NCBI GenBank assembly: GCA_963815195.1
Contig: CAWFGE010000023.1
Span: 256,001 to 320,000 of the forward strand
Length of the DNA stretch: 64,000 nt
DNA from: an uncultured Planctomycetaceae bacterium
Lineage (GTDB): Bacteria; Planctomycetota; Planctomycetia; Planctomycetales; Planctomycetaceae
Direction: 5' to 3'
This document shows positions 19,995 through 32,652 of the stretch, in pieces. Numbering within the stretch: the first letter of the stretch is position 1; each line of letters begins with the position of its first letter. The notes under the pieces were generated by a model that was given only the letters and a program-made list of their open reading frames with translations, searched no databases and was not told the origin of the DNA. The translations under genes and the position numbers were made by a program.

Positions 19995-21494
19995 TCAATG
20001 TCGTGCCGATTCGCGCTCGGCAATCTGGCGGAGTTGCTCTTGCCAGCCGTCCGGAAGTTTGCCGGCGTCGAGGTCGGCGATGATGTTAGGAATCTCTCGG
20101 CGGGCGGTTGCGAGGATATTTGCGATTCGGCGTCTCGCGTTGTCCAGGGTGACATCCTTCAGCCAGCCTTCATGGACGGCGGTCAAAGTCAGCACTTGCT
20201 CGGCGGGCGAGCGCGGGGCGAACCGCGGTTGTCTCAACAGATCCCGCATCAGCCGGCCCCGGCCAATCGTGGCTTGGGTTGCTTCATCCACATCCAGCCC
20301 CACGCGGGTCAGGGCTTCGAGGGCTTCGAAGCGGGACATGAGAATCCGCAGGTTCCGCGAGGCGGCCCGAATGGAAGCCGGCTGCGCGGCCGAGCCGATC
20401 CGCGACACGCTCCGCCCGATGTCGATCGCCGGCCGCTGGTTCCGCTCGAAGCGGGTGGTGTCGAGATAGATTTGGCCGTCGGTGATGGAGATCAAATTCG
20501 TCGGGATGTAGGCGGAAATATCGCTCTCGGTGGTTTCGATAATGGGCAGCGCCGTCACCGAGCCGCCGCCGGATTCCGCCCGCAGAGCCGTGGCTCGCTC
20601 CAAGAGCTCGGCATGGATATAAAAAATGTCGCCGGGAAACGCCTCGCGGCCGGGGGGACGCTCCAAAAGCAGCGCGAGTTCGCGGTAGGCGTCGGCGTGC
20701 TTCGTCAGATCATCATAGACCACCAGCGAATGCCCGCCGCGATTGCGGAAGGACTCGGCCACCGAAGCCCCCGCGTAAGGAGCCAGGTATTGGAGGCCCG
20801 GTGCCATCGAAGCATCCGCGGCGATGATCGCGGTGTTGTCGTAACAGCCGGCATCGATCAGCGTTTCCCGCAATGCCAGCACGCGGGACATGGGCTGGCC
20901 GATCGACACATAAACGCAGCACACGTCGCCCGGCTTCTGGTTGGCGACAATGTCCAGGCACAGGGCCGATTTGCCGGTGTTCCGATCGCCGATGATAAGT
21001 TCCCGCTGCCCGCGCCCGACGGGGATGGCGGAATCGACGATCGTCACGCCGGAGAGCAGCGGCTCATCGACGCTCTTACGGTCGATGAACTCGGGTGCCG
21101 GCCGGAACAGCGGCAGCCTTTCGTCGGAATTGAGGGTCGGGCCATCGTCGAGCGGATTGCCCAAGGGATCGAGAATCCGCCCGAGCGTGCCCGGCCCCAC
21201 GGGAATCGAAGGCAAGCGGGCCAGCGAAACCACGCCTTCCCCGGCACCGACCCGCTCGGCTCCGGCGAGCAGCACCGCGCCCACGCTGCCCTGGCGGATG
21301 TCGTAGGCCATCCCGTAGGCCCCGGAATCGAAGAGCAACAGTTCCTCGTAGCCGACGTTCTCCAACCCGACGATAAACGCCACGCCGTCGCCCACGCGGC
21401 GGATCACGCCCCGCGGCTTGAAGCCTTCCGACAACGCCAAACCGCGCCCGGCCTTTTGGACCGAGTTTTCCAAAATGTCAATGGGATCCGGCAT
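19995..21494 (-). CDS. atpA: N-type ATPase alpha subunit
   Basis: GRGQRELIIGDRNTGKS, PPGREAFPGD, PTNLISITDGQI. Confidence 0.96.
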   Translation of the reverse strand: MPDPIDILENSVQKAGRGLALSEGFKPRGVIRRVGDGVAFIVGLENVGYEELLLFDSGAYGMAYDIRQGSVGAVLLAGAERVGAGEGVVSLARLPSIPVGPGTLGRILDPLGNPLDDGPTLNSDERLPLFRPAPEFIDRKSVDEPLLSGVTIVDSAIPVGRGQRELIIGDRNTGKSALCLDIVANQKPGDVCCVYVSIGQPMSRVLALRETLIDAGCYDNTAIIAADASMAPGLQYLAPYAGASVAESFRNRGGHSLVVYDDLTKHADAYRELALLLERPPGREAFPGDIFYIHAELLERATALRAESGGGSVTALPIIETTESDISAYIPTNLISITDGQIYLDTTRFERNQRPAIDIGRSVSRIGSAAQPASIRAASRNLRILMSRFEALEALTRVGLDVDEATQATIGRGRLMRDLLRQPRFAPRSPAEQVLTLTAVHEGWLKDVTLDNARRRIANILATARREIPNIIADLDAGKLPDGWQEQLRQIAERESARH

Positions 21495-21638
21495 AAGCGA
21501 GCGGCGAGCGAAGTGCAAAGAGCGGAGAGCCAGAAGTTGGTCCTCAAAAAACGCGTGGTGAAACAGAGAATAACCCCATCGATGCGGCGGAGGCAACTGC
21601 GAATCCCATTAAGAGACTCTCCCATAAGTGGCATTGAT

Positions 21639-21708
21639 GTAAGCGGCACGGCGCTAGCCGCCGGTCGAGTATAGAGGACGCACGCCGGCGGCTAGCGCCA
21701 TGCCGCTC
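21639..21708. repeat. Palindromic repeat, family C (GGCGCTAGCCGCCGG), between atpF and atpA
   Basis: AGCGGCACGGCGCTAGCCGCCGG...CCGGCGGCTAGCGCCATGCCGCT inverted pair. Confidence 0.7.
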
Positions 21709-21735
21709 GTTTTTCAGGCTTATGTGGGAAAGACT

Positions 21736-22482
21736 CTAAGTCGATCCATCTCGTTCCGGCTCTTCGCCGAACTGTTTGAGCTGCGCGGACAGGCTGCGTT
21801 CGGCGAACTCGGCGAGACCCGCGCCGGAGAGATCGATCAACCCCTGGTTGGTCGAGATCCGCAGGCCAACTTTCAACTCCTCCGCGACGCGAAACTCGAT
21901 CGTTTGACCGGCCTCTTTGAGGGCGTTTTGCAGGTTGATGCGTTCTTCGTCGGTGAGCTTGCGGGCCGACTCGACGATGACGGGGGCGATCTTTTTGCCG
22001 TTGAAGGAGGCGAGCCGGCTTCGGCCCTCTTTAAGCAACGCCTCGTCGAGATCGGAATCCGCGATGTCCTGGAGCAATCGCCCGACCGCCTGCCCGGTCG
22101 TGGCCGCGATGATGTTTGACAGCCGTTCCACGCGGGCATGTTCCAGGTAAGCCATCTGCCGTTTGAGTGCGGCCCGTTCGCGCTCGGCCGCCTCGCGCGT
22201 CTCCGCGACGATCCGCTCGGCCTCTTCTCCGGCTTCCTTCTTGGCCGTTTCCCGCTGGGCGCGGAGTTCCTCATCCAATTGATTGAGCCGCTCGGCGATT
22301 TCCGCCCGCATGCGGTCGGCGTCCGCGAGTTTTTCCGCGGCCTGTTGGTGCTCGCGAGCGATGGATTCCCGCCGCTTTTCAATGGCGCTGCGCACGGGCC
22401 GAAACAAGAGCCAGGTCAACACGCCCGCCAGGACCAGGAAGTTAGCGGCTTCGAACAGAAATGTCGTCAGCGGCGGAGACAC
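21736..22482 (-). CDS. atpF: N-type ATPase b subunit with delta-like C-terminal extension
   Basis: FEAANFLVLAGVLTWLLFRPV TM helix, long coiled coil, 248 aa; no separate atpH in the operon. Confidence 0.88.
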   Translation of the reverse strand: MSPPLTTFLFEAANFLVLAGVLTWLLFRPVRSAIEKRRESIAREHQQAAEKLADADRMRAEIAERLNQLDEELRAQRETAKKEAGEEAERIVAETREAAERERAALKRQMAYLEHARVERLSNIIAATTGQAVGRLLQDIADSDLDEALLKEGRSRLASFNGKKIAPVIVESARKLTDEERINLQNALKEAGQTIEFRVAEELKVGLRISTNQGLIDLSGAGLAEFAERSLSAQLKQFGEEPERDGST

Positions 22483-22489
22483 GCGGTTC

Positions 22490-22762
22490 CTATCCTCCCG
22501 CGGGCATCAGCGGATTGGCGAACAACAGAATCAGTCCGATGACCAAACAGAAAATCGCGGTCGATTCCACCATCGCCAGGCTCACAAACAGGTTCCGCGT
22601 GATCGAGGCCGACTCGTCCGGCTGGCGGGCGATGGCGTCCATGCCCGCGGCTCCGATGCGGCTTTCCCCCATCGCGGCCCCAATCGCCCCGAGGGCCGTC
22701 GTGAGCCCGCACGTCCCAATCGAAACGGCCACCAGAATCGTCCGCGCAGTTTCCGCATCCAT
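22490..22762 (-). CDS. atpE: N-type ATPase c subunit
   Basis: GAIGAAMGE, IARQPD loop, AMVESTAIF. Confidence 0.95.
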   Translation of the reverse strand: MDAETARTILVAVSIGTCGLTTALGAIGAAMGESRIGAAGMDAIARQPDESASITRNLFVSLAMVESTAIFCLVIGLILLFANPLMPAGG

Positions 22763-22857
22763 CGAGCATTCCCTTGAAGTTGAGTCTATCCCGTGCTGCC
22801 ATTCAAAGCGGTTTCATTCCTGGCTCTCCGCCCTCGGCTCTTGGCTCTGCGCTGTCT

Positions 22858-23532
22858 TCACTCTTCCGCACTGCGGAGGGCGGCTCCAATATACACGGTG
22901 CTGAGCAGCGTGAAAATGTACGCTTGCAGCAATCCGATCAAAAGATCGAGGGCCATCAAGGGCATGGGGACAAGAAACCCCACGAGCGACACCAACAGCA
23001 AAACGATCAAATGCCCCGACATCATATTCCCGAACAACCGCACGGCGAGCGCCAGCGTGCGGGAGAGTTCCGAGATCAAATGCAGCGGAAACAAAATCGG
23101 ATTCGGCGAAAGGTAATGCCTAAGATAACCCCGCACGCCGCGGCTGGCGACGCCCGTCATCGGGACGGCGAAGAACACAATGATCGCGAGCGCCGAGGTC
23201 GTGGCGAGATTGGCCGTCGGCGGGGCAACGCCCGGAAGCTGCCCCGACAAATTGCACGCCGCGATGAACAGGAACAGACTTCCCGAAAACGAAGCGAGCC
23301 AAGGCTGGGGCCGGCCCACGACGTCGCGGACAAGATCATCGAGCCAGGTGACGACGATTTCCGCCACCGCCGCCAGGGAACCGCGCGGCCGGCTGTTTAA
23401 GGTCCAAAACAGAACCGCCGCTGCGATCGTCAGACTCGCGGAGACGCCCAGCGTCGTCACAATCGTCCGCGTGACGGGCACCGAGCCGAGTTCAAACACA
23501 ATCGGGTCGTCGAAGATGTGAAATTCGGTCAT
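22858..23532 (-). CDS. atpB: N-type ATPase a subunit
   Basis: PPTANL, SRTLALAVRLFGNMMSGH, GLLQAYIFTLL. Confidence 0.95.
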   Translation of the reverse strand: MTEFHIFDDPIVFELGSVPVTRTIVTTLGVSASLTIAAAVLFWTLNSRPRGSLAAVAEIVVTWLDDLVRDVVGRPQPWLASFSGSLFLFIAACNLSGQLPGVAPPTANLATTSALAIIVFFAVPMTGVASRGVRGYLRHYLSPNPILFPLHLISELSRTLALAVRLFGNMMSGHLIVLLLVSLVGFLVPMPLMALDLLIGLLQAYIFTLLSTVYIGAALRSAEE

Positions 23533-23774
23533 GTCGAGCCCTTGAATGCAATCGCGGCGACGCTGACGGGAAACCCGACGGCCCACCCGATCGCGACTGG
23601 AATGATCCCTCCGAGAAAAGCCGCGATGATAAACACGGCCGCCACCGGTAAGATCCGAAGGAGCGCGCCGCCCGCCCAGCGGAACGGGGGCTGCGAGGCT
23701 TTCCACAGCACCCACGCATGGCCGATGCCCAAAGCCAGGCCGACGCCCGCACCGATCCCGAACGCCGCCGTCAT
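23529..23774 (-). CDS. atpR: N-ATPase AtpR-like membrane subunit
   Basis: Small hydrophobic ORF MTAAFGIGAGVGLALG...LLR between atpQ and atpB, with ATGA overlaps on both sides. Confidence 0.7.
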   Translation of the reverse strand: MTAAFGIGAGVGLALGIGHAWVLWKASQPPFRWAGGALLRILPVAAVFIIAAFLGGIIPVAIGWAVGFPVSVAAIAFKGST

Positions 23775-24063
23775 GGTTTGCGGGTTCCTTGCACGAGATG
23801 CCACGCCGCCGTGCTTCCCAGGATCACGCCCAGAAACAGGAGCATCAACGTCATGCGAATCCCGGTGTCCCACCGCCGATCGAGCCAATGCCCCAACACC
23901 GCCCCGCCCACGGTCAAAAACACGATCGGCCAGCCGATGCCTCCCAGGACGGCCATCGACCGCCAGAACGCGGCGTGCCCGGGTTCCCGCGCGCGGAAGC
24001 GTTCGATCCCGCGGCGGCACGCCTGGCGAATGTCGCGCCGGGGGGCTTTGTCCGAGGGCAATT

Positions 24064-24067
<4 letters not shown>
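23771..24067 (-). CDS. atpQ: AtpQ (AtpZ/AtpI-like) subunit
   Basis: LGGIGWPIV..GAVLGHWLDRRW motif; position in the operon. Confidence 0.85.
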
Positions 24068-27178
<3,111 letters not shown>

Positions 27179-27207
27179 GTCGTTTGGTTCAAAAAAATCG
27201 GAAAGGG

Positions 27208-27235
27208 TGTCGATTGGGAGCCGGACCGTTCGACT
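27208..27235. promoter_or_regulatory. Putative ECF42-type promoter, readable on both strands
   Basis: Plus strand TGTCGA-N17-CGAC; minus strand AGTCGA-N17-CGAC; resembles the reported ECF42 consensus (TGTCGA -35, CGA/TC -10). Confidence 0.65.
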
Positions 27236-27287
27236 GTTTGATGTAAGGCGAAAAACTTCCCCAAACCATCTTACCGGAGACCCAACG

Positions 27288-27503
27288 ATGAACAACACCC
27301 CGCCCTTAACCCATCAAGCGACCTTAATCGATGTGGACCGCGTGATCGAACCGCTCGCGAGCTACCTCTGTGCCACCGAGCAGCCGGAACGAGTCCTAAA
27401 GCTCGCTTTGGATGCACTTTACAGCCGCATCGAGCAGACCAACCGCACGGCGGACGAACATCTCGCGGCGTTTCGGGAAAGCCGGCTCGCCGTCTCCGCC
27501 TGA
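27288..27503 (+). CDS. Small hypothetical protein (71 aa)
   Basis: GGAG RBS before ATG 27288; helical composition; downstream of the putative ECF42 promoter. Confidence 0.6.
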   Translation: MNNTPPLTHQATLIDVDRVIEPLASYLCATEQPERVLKLALDALYSRIEQTNRTADEHLAAFRESRLAVSA

Positions 27504-27539
27504 CGCCGGCGAACAATTTCAGAAAAAATTCGCAAATCG

Positions 27540-27567
27540 TGTCTATTGGAGGGCCCGCCGTTCGACA
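27540..27567. promoter_or_regulatory. Second putative ECF42-type promoter
   Basis: Plus strand TGTCTA-N17-CGAC; minus strand TGTCGA-N17-AGAC; shares ATTGG and CCGTTCGAC with the first site; upstream of the YciI genes. Confidence 0.6.
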
Positions 27568-27585
27568 TACTATCAGACGCCCAAA

Positions 27586-27672
27586 GTGGCACGTCCCTGG
27601 CGCAGCGAAGGGCGTGCCTCTATCAAAACGACCACGCCCTTCGTTCCTCAGGGCGTGCCACCCGTGCCACCC
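27586..27672. repeat. REP-like palindromic repeat, family A, copy 3
   Basis: GTGGCACG...CCACGCCCTTCGTTCCTCAGGGCGTGCCACCCGTGCCACCC, 3' half matches copy 1. Confidence 0.85.
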
Positions 27673-27729
27673 AACGCCCAAGCTTCCGTTCTCGAGAACA
27701 CACCCATTTCGCCAACGAAAGGCCCCGCG

Positions 27730-28086
27730 ATGAAATACATGCTGTTGATTTATATGGCCGAGGATGCCATGAACGACGACGAAAGGCAATCGTGCTACGT
27801 CAATTCCACCCAACTCGCCCAGGACCTCCACGCGAACGGGCAGTACGTGTCGGCGAATCCGCTGCATCCGGTGGCGACGGCGACGAGCGTGCGGATCCGC
27901 GAAGGCAAACCGCTCGTCACCGACGGCCCCTACGCCGAGACGCGGGAGCACCTGGGCGGTTATTTTCTCGTCGATGTCCCCCATCTCGACGAAGCGATCC
28001 GCATCGCCCAGCGAATCCCCGGAGCCAAAAAAGGCACCGTGGAAATCCGCCCGGTGCTCGAAATCCCCGACCTGCCGAACAACTAA
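27730..28086 (+). CDS. YciI/DGPF-family protein
   Basis: MKYMLLIY, TDGPYAETREHLGGY, VEIRP. Confidence 0.9.
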   Translation: MKYMLLIYMAEDAMNDDERQSCYVNSTQLAQDLHANGQYVSANPLHPVATATSVRIREGKPLVTDGPYAETREHLGGYFLVDVPHLDEAIRIAQRIPGAKKGTVEIRPVLEIPDLPNN

Positions 28087-28128
28087 GAACCGTCCTTTAA
28101 ACATTCCCAATTGCGGAGAGATTTTCCA

Positions 28129-28554
28129 ATGAAGGTCATGGTATTCGTCAAAGCCACCCAAGATTCCGAAGCCGGCGTCATGCCCAGCCAGGAACTCCTG
28201 ACGGAGATGGGCAAGTTCAACGAGGAACTCGTGAAAGCCGGGATCATGTTGGACGGCAACGGCCTCAAGCCGAGTTCCCAATCGGCCCGCGTGGGGTTTT
28301 CGGGAAAGGATCGCACCGTGATCGACGGCCCGTTCGCCGAGACGAAGGAACTCGTCGCCGGCTATTGGATGTGGCAGGTCCAATCGCTCGCCGAAGCGAT
28401 CGAATGGGTCAAGCGCTGCCCCAATCCGCACAGCGAAGACTGCGAAATCGAAATCCGCCCCGTGTTTGAGCCGGAAGATTTCGGCGAAGCCTTCACCTCC
28501 GAACTCCAAGAACAGGAACAGCGGCTGAAAGCCGAAATCAATAAGCGGAAATAG
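28129..28554 (+). CDS. YciI/DGPF-family protein
   Basis: [22 protein letters not shown]. Confidence 0.92.
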   Translation: MKVMVFVKATQDSEAGVMPSQELLTEMGKFNEELVKAGIMLDGNGLKPSSQSARVGFSGKDRTVIDGPFAETKELVAGYWMWQVQSLAEAIEWVKRCPNPHSEDCEIEIRPVFEPEDFGEAFTSELQEQEQRLKAEINKRK

Positions 28555-28777
28555 TTTTTCTTAGACTTACTCCAACTGTAAGTGGTTGGGCGGCTGGGCG
28601 CAGGTTCCTCTATGAATAACGTTTGAAACGAACACTGGGGCTGTGGACGCGGGAGAAATAACTCCCATGGCCCCAGGTTTCGAGGCGTGTTTTTCGCTTG
28701 ATCCATTCCATTGCGCCCAGGCACCCTCCCGGAAATAGTTTTCCTCGCAAATCACCTCATTCCAGGAGCGAGTTCGC

Positions 28778-29266
28778 ATGCGACCGATCACACCCTGTCT
28801 GTGGTTCGACGACCAGGCCGAAGAGGCGGCGAATTTCTATTTATCGATCTTTCCCGACTCGAAGATCGTCGGCATTTCGCGCTACAGCGAAGCCGGGAAG
28901 GAAATTCACGGCAAGCCGGCGGGCAGCGTGATGACGGTGTCGTTCGAATTGGACGGCCAGAAATTCACGGCCCTCAACGGCGGCCCGATGTTCCAGTTCA
29001 ACGAAGCCGTTTCCTTCCAGGTCCACTGCGAAACGCAGGACGAAGTGGACCACTACTGGGACAAACTCTCCGAAGGCGGCGACCCCAAGACCCAGCAATG
29101 CGGCTGGCTCAAAGACAAGTTCGGCGTCTCCTGGCAAATCGTCCCGAAGATTCTCGAAGAATTGATGCAGGGCAAAGACCCGGCCAAACCGCAGCGCGTG
29201 ATGCAGGCGCTTCTCCAAATGAAAAAACTCGACATCGATGCCTTGAAACAAGCCGCGGAATCCTGA
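28778..29266 (+). CDS. VOC-superfamily protein (PhnB-like)
   Basis: ITPCLWF, ALNGGP, CGWLKDKFGVSWQ. Confidence 0.92.
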   Translation: MRPITPCLWFDDQAEEAANFYLSIFPDSKIVGISRYSEAGKEIHGKPAGSVMTVSFELDGQKFTALNGGPMFQFNEAVSFQVHCETQDEVDHYWDKLSEGGDPKTQQCGWLKDKFGVSWQIVPKILEELMQGKDPAKPQRVMQALLQMKKLDIDALKQAAES

Positions 29267-29318
29267 TCGCAGCGGCGATTCCTGTCATCACCATACATAT
29301 TATTGAAAGGAATGTACC

Positions 29319-30116
29319 GTGAGATTTGTATGCCTTGGTTATCTGAACGAGTTGATATGGAGCCAGATGTCCCAAAGCGAGCGGGACACGATGGTGGCCG
29401 AGTGCTTTGCCTATGACGACCTGCTCAGGGAAAACGGCCACTGGTTGGACTCGGGCGAGGCTCTCAAAAGCGCGAGCACAGCCAAGACGGTCCGCTGGGA
29501 ACATGGAAAGGTCGTCGTCACCGACGGCCCCTTTGCCGAGACCAAAGAGGTCCTGGGCGGGATCGGCTTCCTGGAAGCCCGGGACATGGACCAGGCCGTG
29601 GAACTCATGAGGAACCATCCGGGACCTCGGTACGGCCATCCGTTCGAGATCCGCCCCGCAGACGAAGAATTCAAGAAGACCATCGAGGCGCAGATCAATC
29701 GGCCACCGACCCGAAACATTTTCGTCAACCTGCCGGTTAAAGATCTCAAGCGGTCGATGGATTTTTTTGCGAAGCTCGGCTTCGGGTTCAACCCGCAATT
29801 CACGGACGAAACCGCCGCGTGCATGGTGGTGAGTCCGGACATTTACGTTATGCTATTGACCGAGAAAAAATTCGCCGCCTTCACCCCGAAAACCATCGCC
29901 GATGCCAAGAACACGTCCGAGGTTCTGGTGGCCTTGTCCTCTGAAAGCCGCGACGAAGTTGATGAGATGGTGCAGAAAGCCGTCGCGGGGGGCGGCAGCA
30001 TTTATGCCGATCCCAAAGACTATGGATTCATGTATCAACACGGCTTCCAGGATCCCGACGGCCACATCTGGGAACTGATCTACATGGACCCAAATGCCGT
30101 GCAACAAACATCGTAA
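29319..30116 (+). CDS. YciI/DGPF-VOC (glyoxalase-like) fusion protein
   Basis: N-terminal [19 protein letters not shown]-terminal [26 protein letters not shown]. Confidence 0.88.
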   Translation: MRFVCLGYLNELIWSQMSQSERDTMVAECFAYDDLLRENGHWLDSGEALKSASTAKTVRWEHGKVVVTDGPFAETKEVLGGIGFLEARDMDQAVELMRNHPGPRYGHPFEIRPADEEFKKTIEAQINRPPTRNIFVNLPVKDLKRSMDFFAKLGFGFNPQFTDETAACMVVSPDIYVMLLTEKKFAAFTPKTIADAKNTSEVLVALSSESRDEVDEMVQKAVAGGGSIYADPKDYGFMYQHGFQDPDGHIWELIYMDPNAVQQTS

Positions 30117-30177
30117 AATCGTCCCCCTTAACCAATCGCATGTTCTTTACACCCAATCCACAGAAAGGATCCTGCAC

Positions 30178-31350
30178 ATGAGCGGCGTTCGCGTCCTCGT
30201 CGGCACCCGCAAGGGGGCGTTTATTCTCACTTCCGACGGCAAGCGGCAGAACTGGGAGGTCAACGGGCCGCTGTTCGGCGGATGGGAAGTCTATCACATG
30301 AACGGATCGCAAACCGATCCCAATCGAATTTACGCCTCTCAAAGCAGCGGCTGGTTCGGGCAGATTATCCAGCGTTCGGACGACGGCGGGAAAACCTGGT
30401 CGCCGCCCGGGGGCGAAAAGGTGCCCGCCCCCGCCGGTCCGCCCGCCGCGGCGAGCAACAAGTTCGTGTACGACACCAGCCCCGACACGGGCAAGCCGCT
30501 CACGACGCATCAGTGGTACGACGGCACGCCGCACCCGTGGGAATTCAAAAGGGTCTGGCATCTGGAACCGCTGCCGGAAAATCCCGACGTCGTTTACGCC
30601 GGCGTGGAAGACGCCGCGATCTTCCGCTCGGACGACGGCGGGAAGAACTGGCATGAACTCGCCGGCCTCCGCGAAGTGCACGGCTCGAAGTGGTGTCCGG
30701 GAGCGGGCGGGCTCTGCCTGCATACGATCCTTTTAGACCCCGCGGATTCGAACCGCATCTACATCGCCATCTCCGCCGCGGGCGCGTTCCGCACGGACGA
30801 CGGCGGCGAGACCTGGAAGCCGATCAACCGGGGACTCAAATCGCAGTACATCCCCGACCCCGAAGCCGAGGTCGGCCACTGCGTGCACTCGATGACGCTG
30901 CATCCTTCAAAACCCGACGTGCTCTACATGCAGAAGCACTGGGATGTGATGCGGAGCGACAACGCCGGCGACCAGTGGAACGAAGTCAGCGGCAACCTGC
31001 CGACCGATTTCGGGTTCCCCATCAAAGTCCACGCCCACGAACCCGAGACCGTTTACGTGGTGCCCATCAAGAGCGATTCCGAGCACTATCCGCCCGAAGG
31101 CAAGCTGCGGGTGTATCGCAGCCGGACGGGAGGAAACGATTGGGAACCGCTGTCCGAGGGACTGCCGCAGAAGGACTGCTTCGTCAACATCCTGCGGGAC
31201 GCGATGGCGGTGGACGGGCTCGATTCATGCGGGGTGTACGTCGGCACGACCGGCGGCCAGATTTATGCGTCCTCCGACTCGGGCGACCATTGGAACGCGA
31301 TCGTCAATCATCTGCCGCCGGTGCTGTCGGTGGAAGTCCAGACGCTGTAA
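30178..31350 (+). CDS. BNR/Asp-box beta-propeller protein (sialidase-like)
   Basis: Repeated S/T-D-D-G-G-x-T/N-W Asp boxes; VLVGTRKG N-terminus. Confidence 0.88.
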   Translation: MSGVRVLVGTRKGAFILTSDGKRQNWEVNGPLFGGWEVYHMNGSQTDPNRIYASQSSGWFGQIIQRSDDGGKTWSPPGGEKVPAPAGPPAAASNKFVYDTSPDTGKPLTTHQWYDGTPHPWEFKRVWHLEPLPENPDVVYAGVEDAAIFRSDDGGKNWHELAGLREVHGSKWCPGAGGLCLHTILLDPADSNRIYIAISAAGAFRTDDGGETWKPINRGLKSQYIPDPEAEVGHCVHSMTLHPSKPDVLYMQKHWDVMRSDNAGDQWNEVSGNLPTDFGFPIKVHAHEPETVYVVPIKSDSEHYPPEGKLRVYRSRTGGNDWEPLSEGLPQKDCFVNILRDAMAVDGLDSCGVYVGTTGGQIYASSDSGDHWNAIVNHLPPVLSVEVQTL

Positions 31351-31444
31351 CCCAACCCGCTGGCATAAAAACCTGACGACCAAGAACGGTATTTCTCGAT
31401 CACTTCGAAACCGCGGCTCGGGCTCTTCGCAGAGATCCCGATCT

Positions 31445-32373
31445 CTACCGGCTCAACAAAATGGCGATCAGTTCGCGGAGGGCCTGGTCGCGGGCGCGGT
31501 CGCCGGTGAGGGCGATGTGGCTGGGGGCGTCGGGGCGGTTGTACTCCTCCGCGTTGAGCCGATCGAGCACCTTTTGATAGGCCCGGCGTTCGGCGGGCCA
31601 GTCGCCGCTGGAATGCCCCGGCGGGCTTCGCGGAGTTCCCTCTGCCAGGCGGTCGGTTCTTCGCCGGGCGCGCCGTAGAACTGGGTGATTTCCTGCCGAG
31701 CCCGCCCGCGTTCGCTTTCCGTGGTTCGTCCGCTGTCCGCCGGCACCAACAAGAGCACGACCGTCAACAACAGGCTCACGCCCACCGCCACGTACGCCCA
31801 GGGAAAGGACGGCTCGGCGGCGGATTTGTCCCGCACGACTTTTTTCGCGGGGGAATCGGACAGGCTCAACTCCGGCAAATGCCCGTCTTCCCCCAGCCGC
31901 ACGAGCGCATCGCCGCCTTGGTCGGTGATGAATCGAGCGACCTTGCGATCGGCGGGGGCGGCTTTTCCGGTTTTCCCGCGGCGCGGCTTCGCCGACGGGA
32001 CGGGTTGATCGGGCGGCTTGGCTTTGTCCTTCGCGGGAGCCGCGCCGCCGTTGCCAGAGGGCCGCGTGCCTTCGTATTGAAACCTCAGCCCCGTGTAACT
32101 GCTCATCTTGATACGCGCGGTGTCGGGCAGCCAGACCCACTGCTCGGCGGGAATCACATTGCCATCCACCTCGACCGAATCCGCGCAGGGCGAATAAATC
32201 GCGTACCGCCCGTTGCGGCTCATCAAGGTCGCCTGGTGCTCGGCGACTTGCAGGTCGGTCAAGGCAATCTCATTCTGCGCACCCCGGCCGATGTTGACCA
32301 TTTCCTCGGCCAACTCGAACACCCGTCCCCGGTCGGGACCGGTCGTCACCGTCAAACGGGCGCGATCACCCAT
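31445..32373 (-). CDS. FHA-domain membrane protein; apparent 1-bp frameshift near 31617
   Basis: IGRGAQNEIALTD..H FHA domain; TM helix WAYVAVGVSLLLTVVLLL; shifted frame continues HSSGDWPAERRAY...ILLSR*. Confidence 0.75.
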
Positions 32374-32652
32374 TGCTTAGAAATCCCAATGACCAAGCAC
32401 CAATGACCAATCGTTTTGGACCACTCGCAAAATCCAGTTTACTCAAACTGTAAGCAATGTGTTCTCTTTTCATGAGGCTTCTATCAAAATGAATCCCAGA
32501 GGAGCAAAGGAAAGACGGGCGGAGCGTTTCGTTGACTCTCGGCTGCCAAACACTTTGTGGCCTTTGCTCCTTTGTGGCCTTTGCCCCTAAAAACAAACCT
32601 ATATCCCGATAGTCTTTCAGAAAAAACAAACATCGGTTACCGTTTGAGCGGC

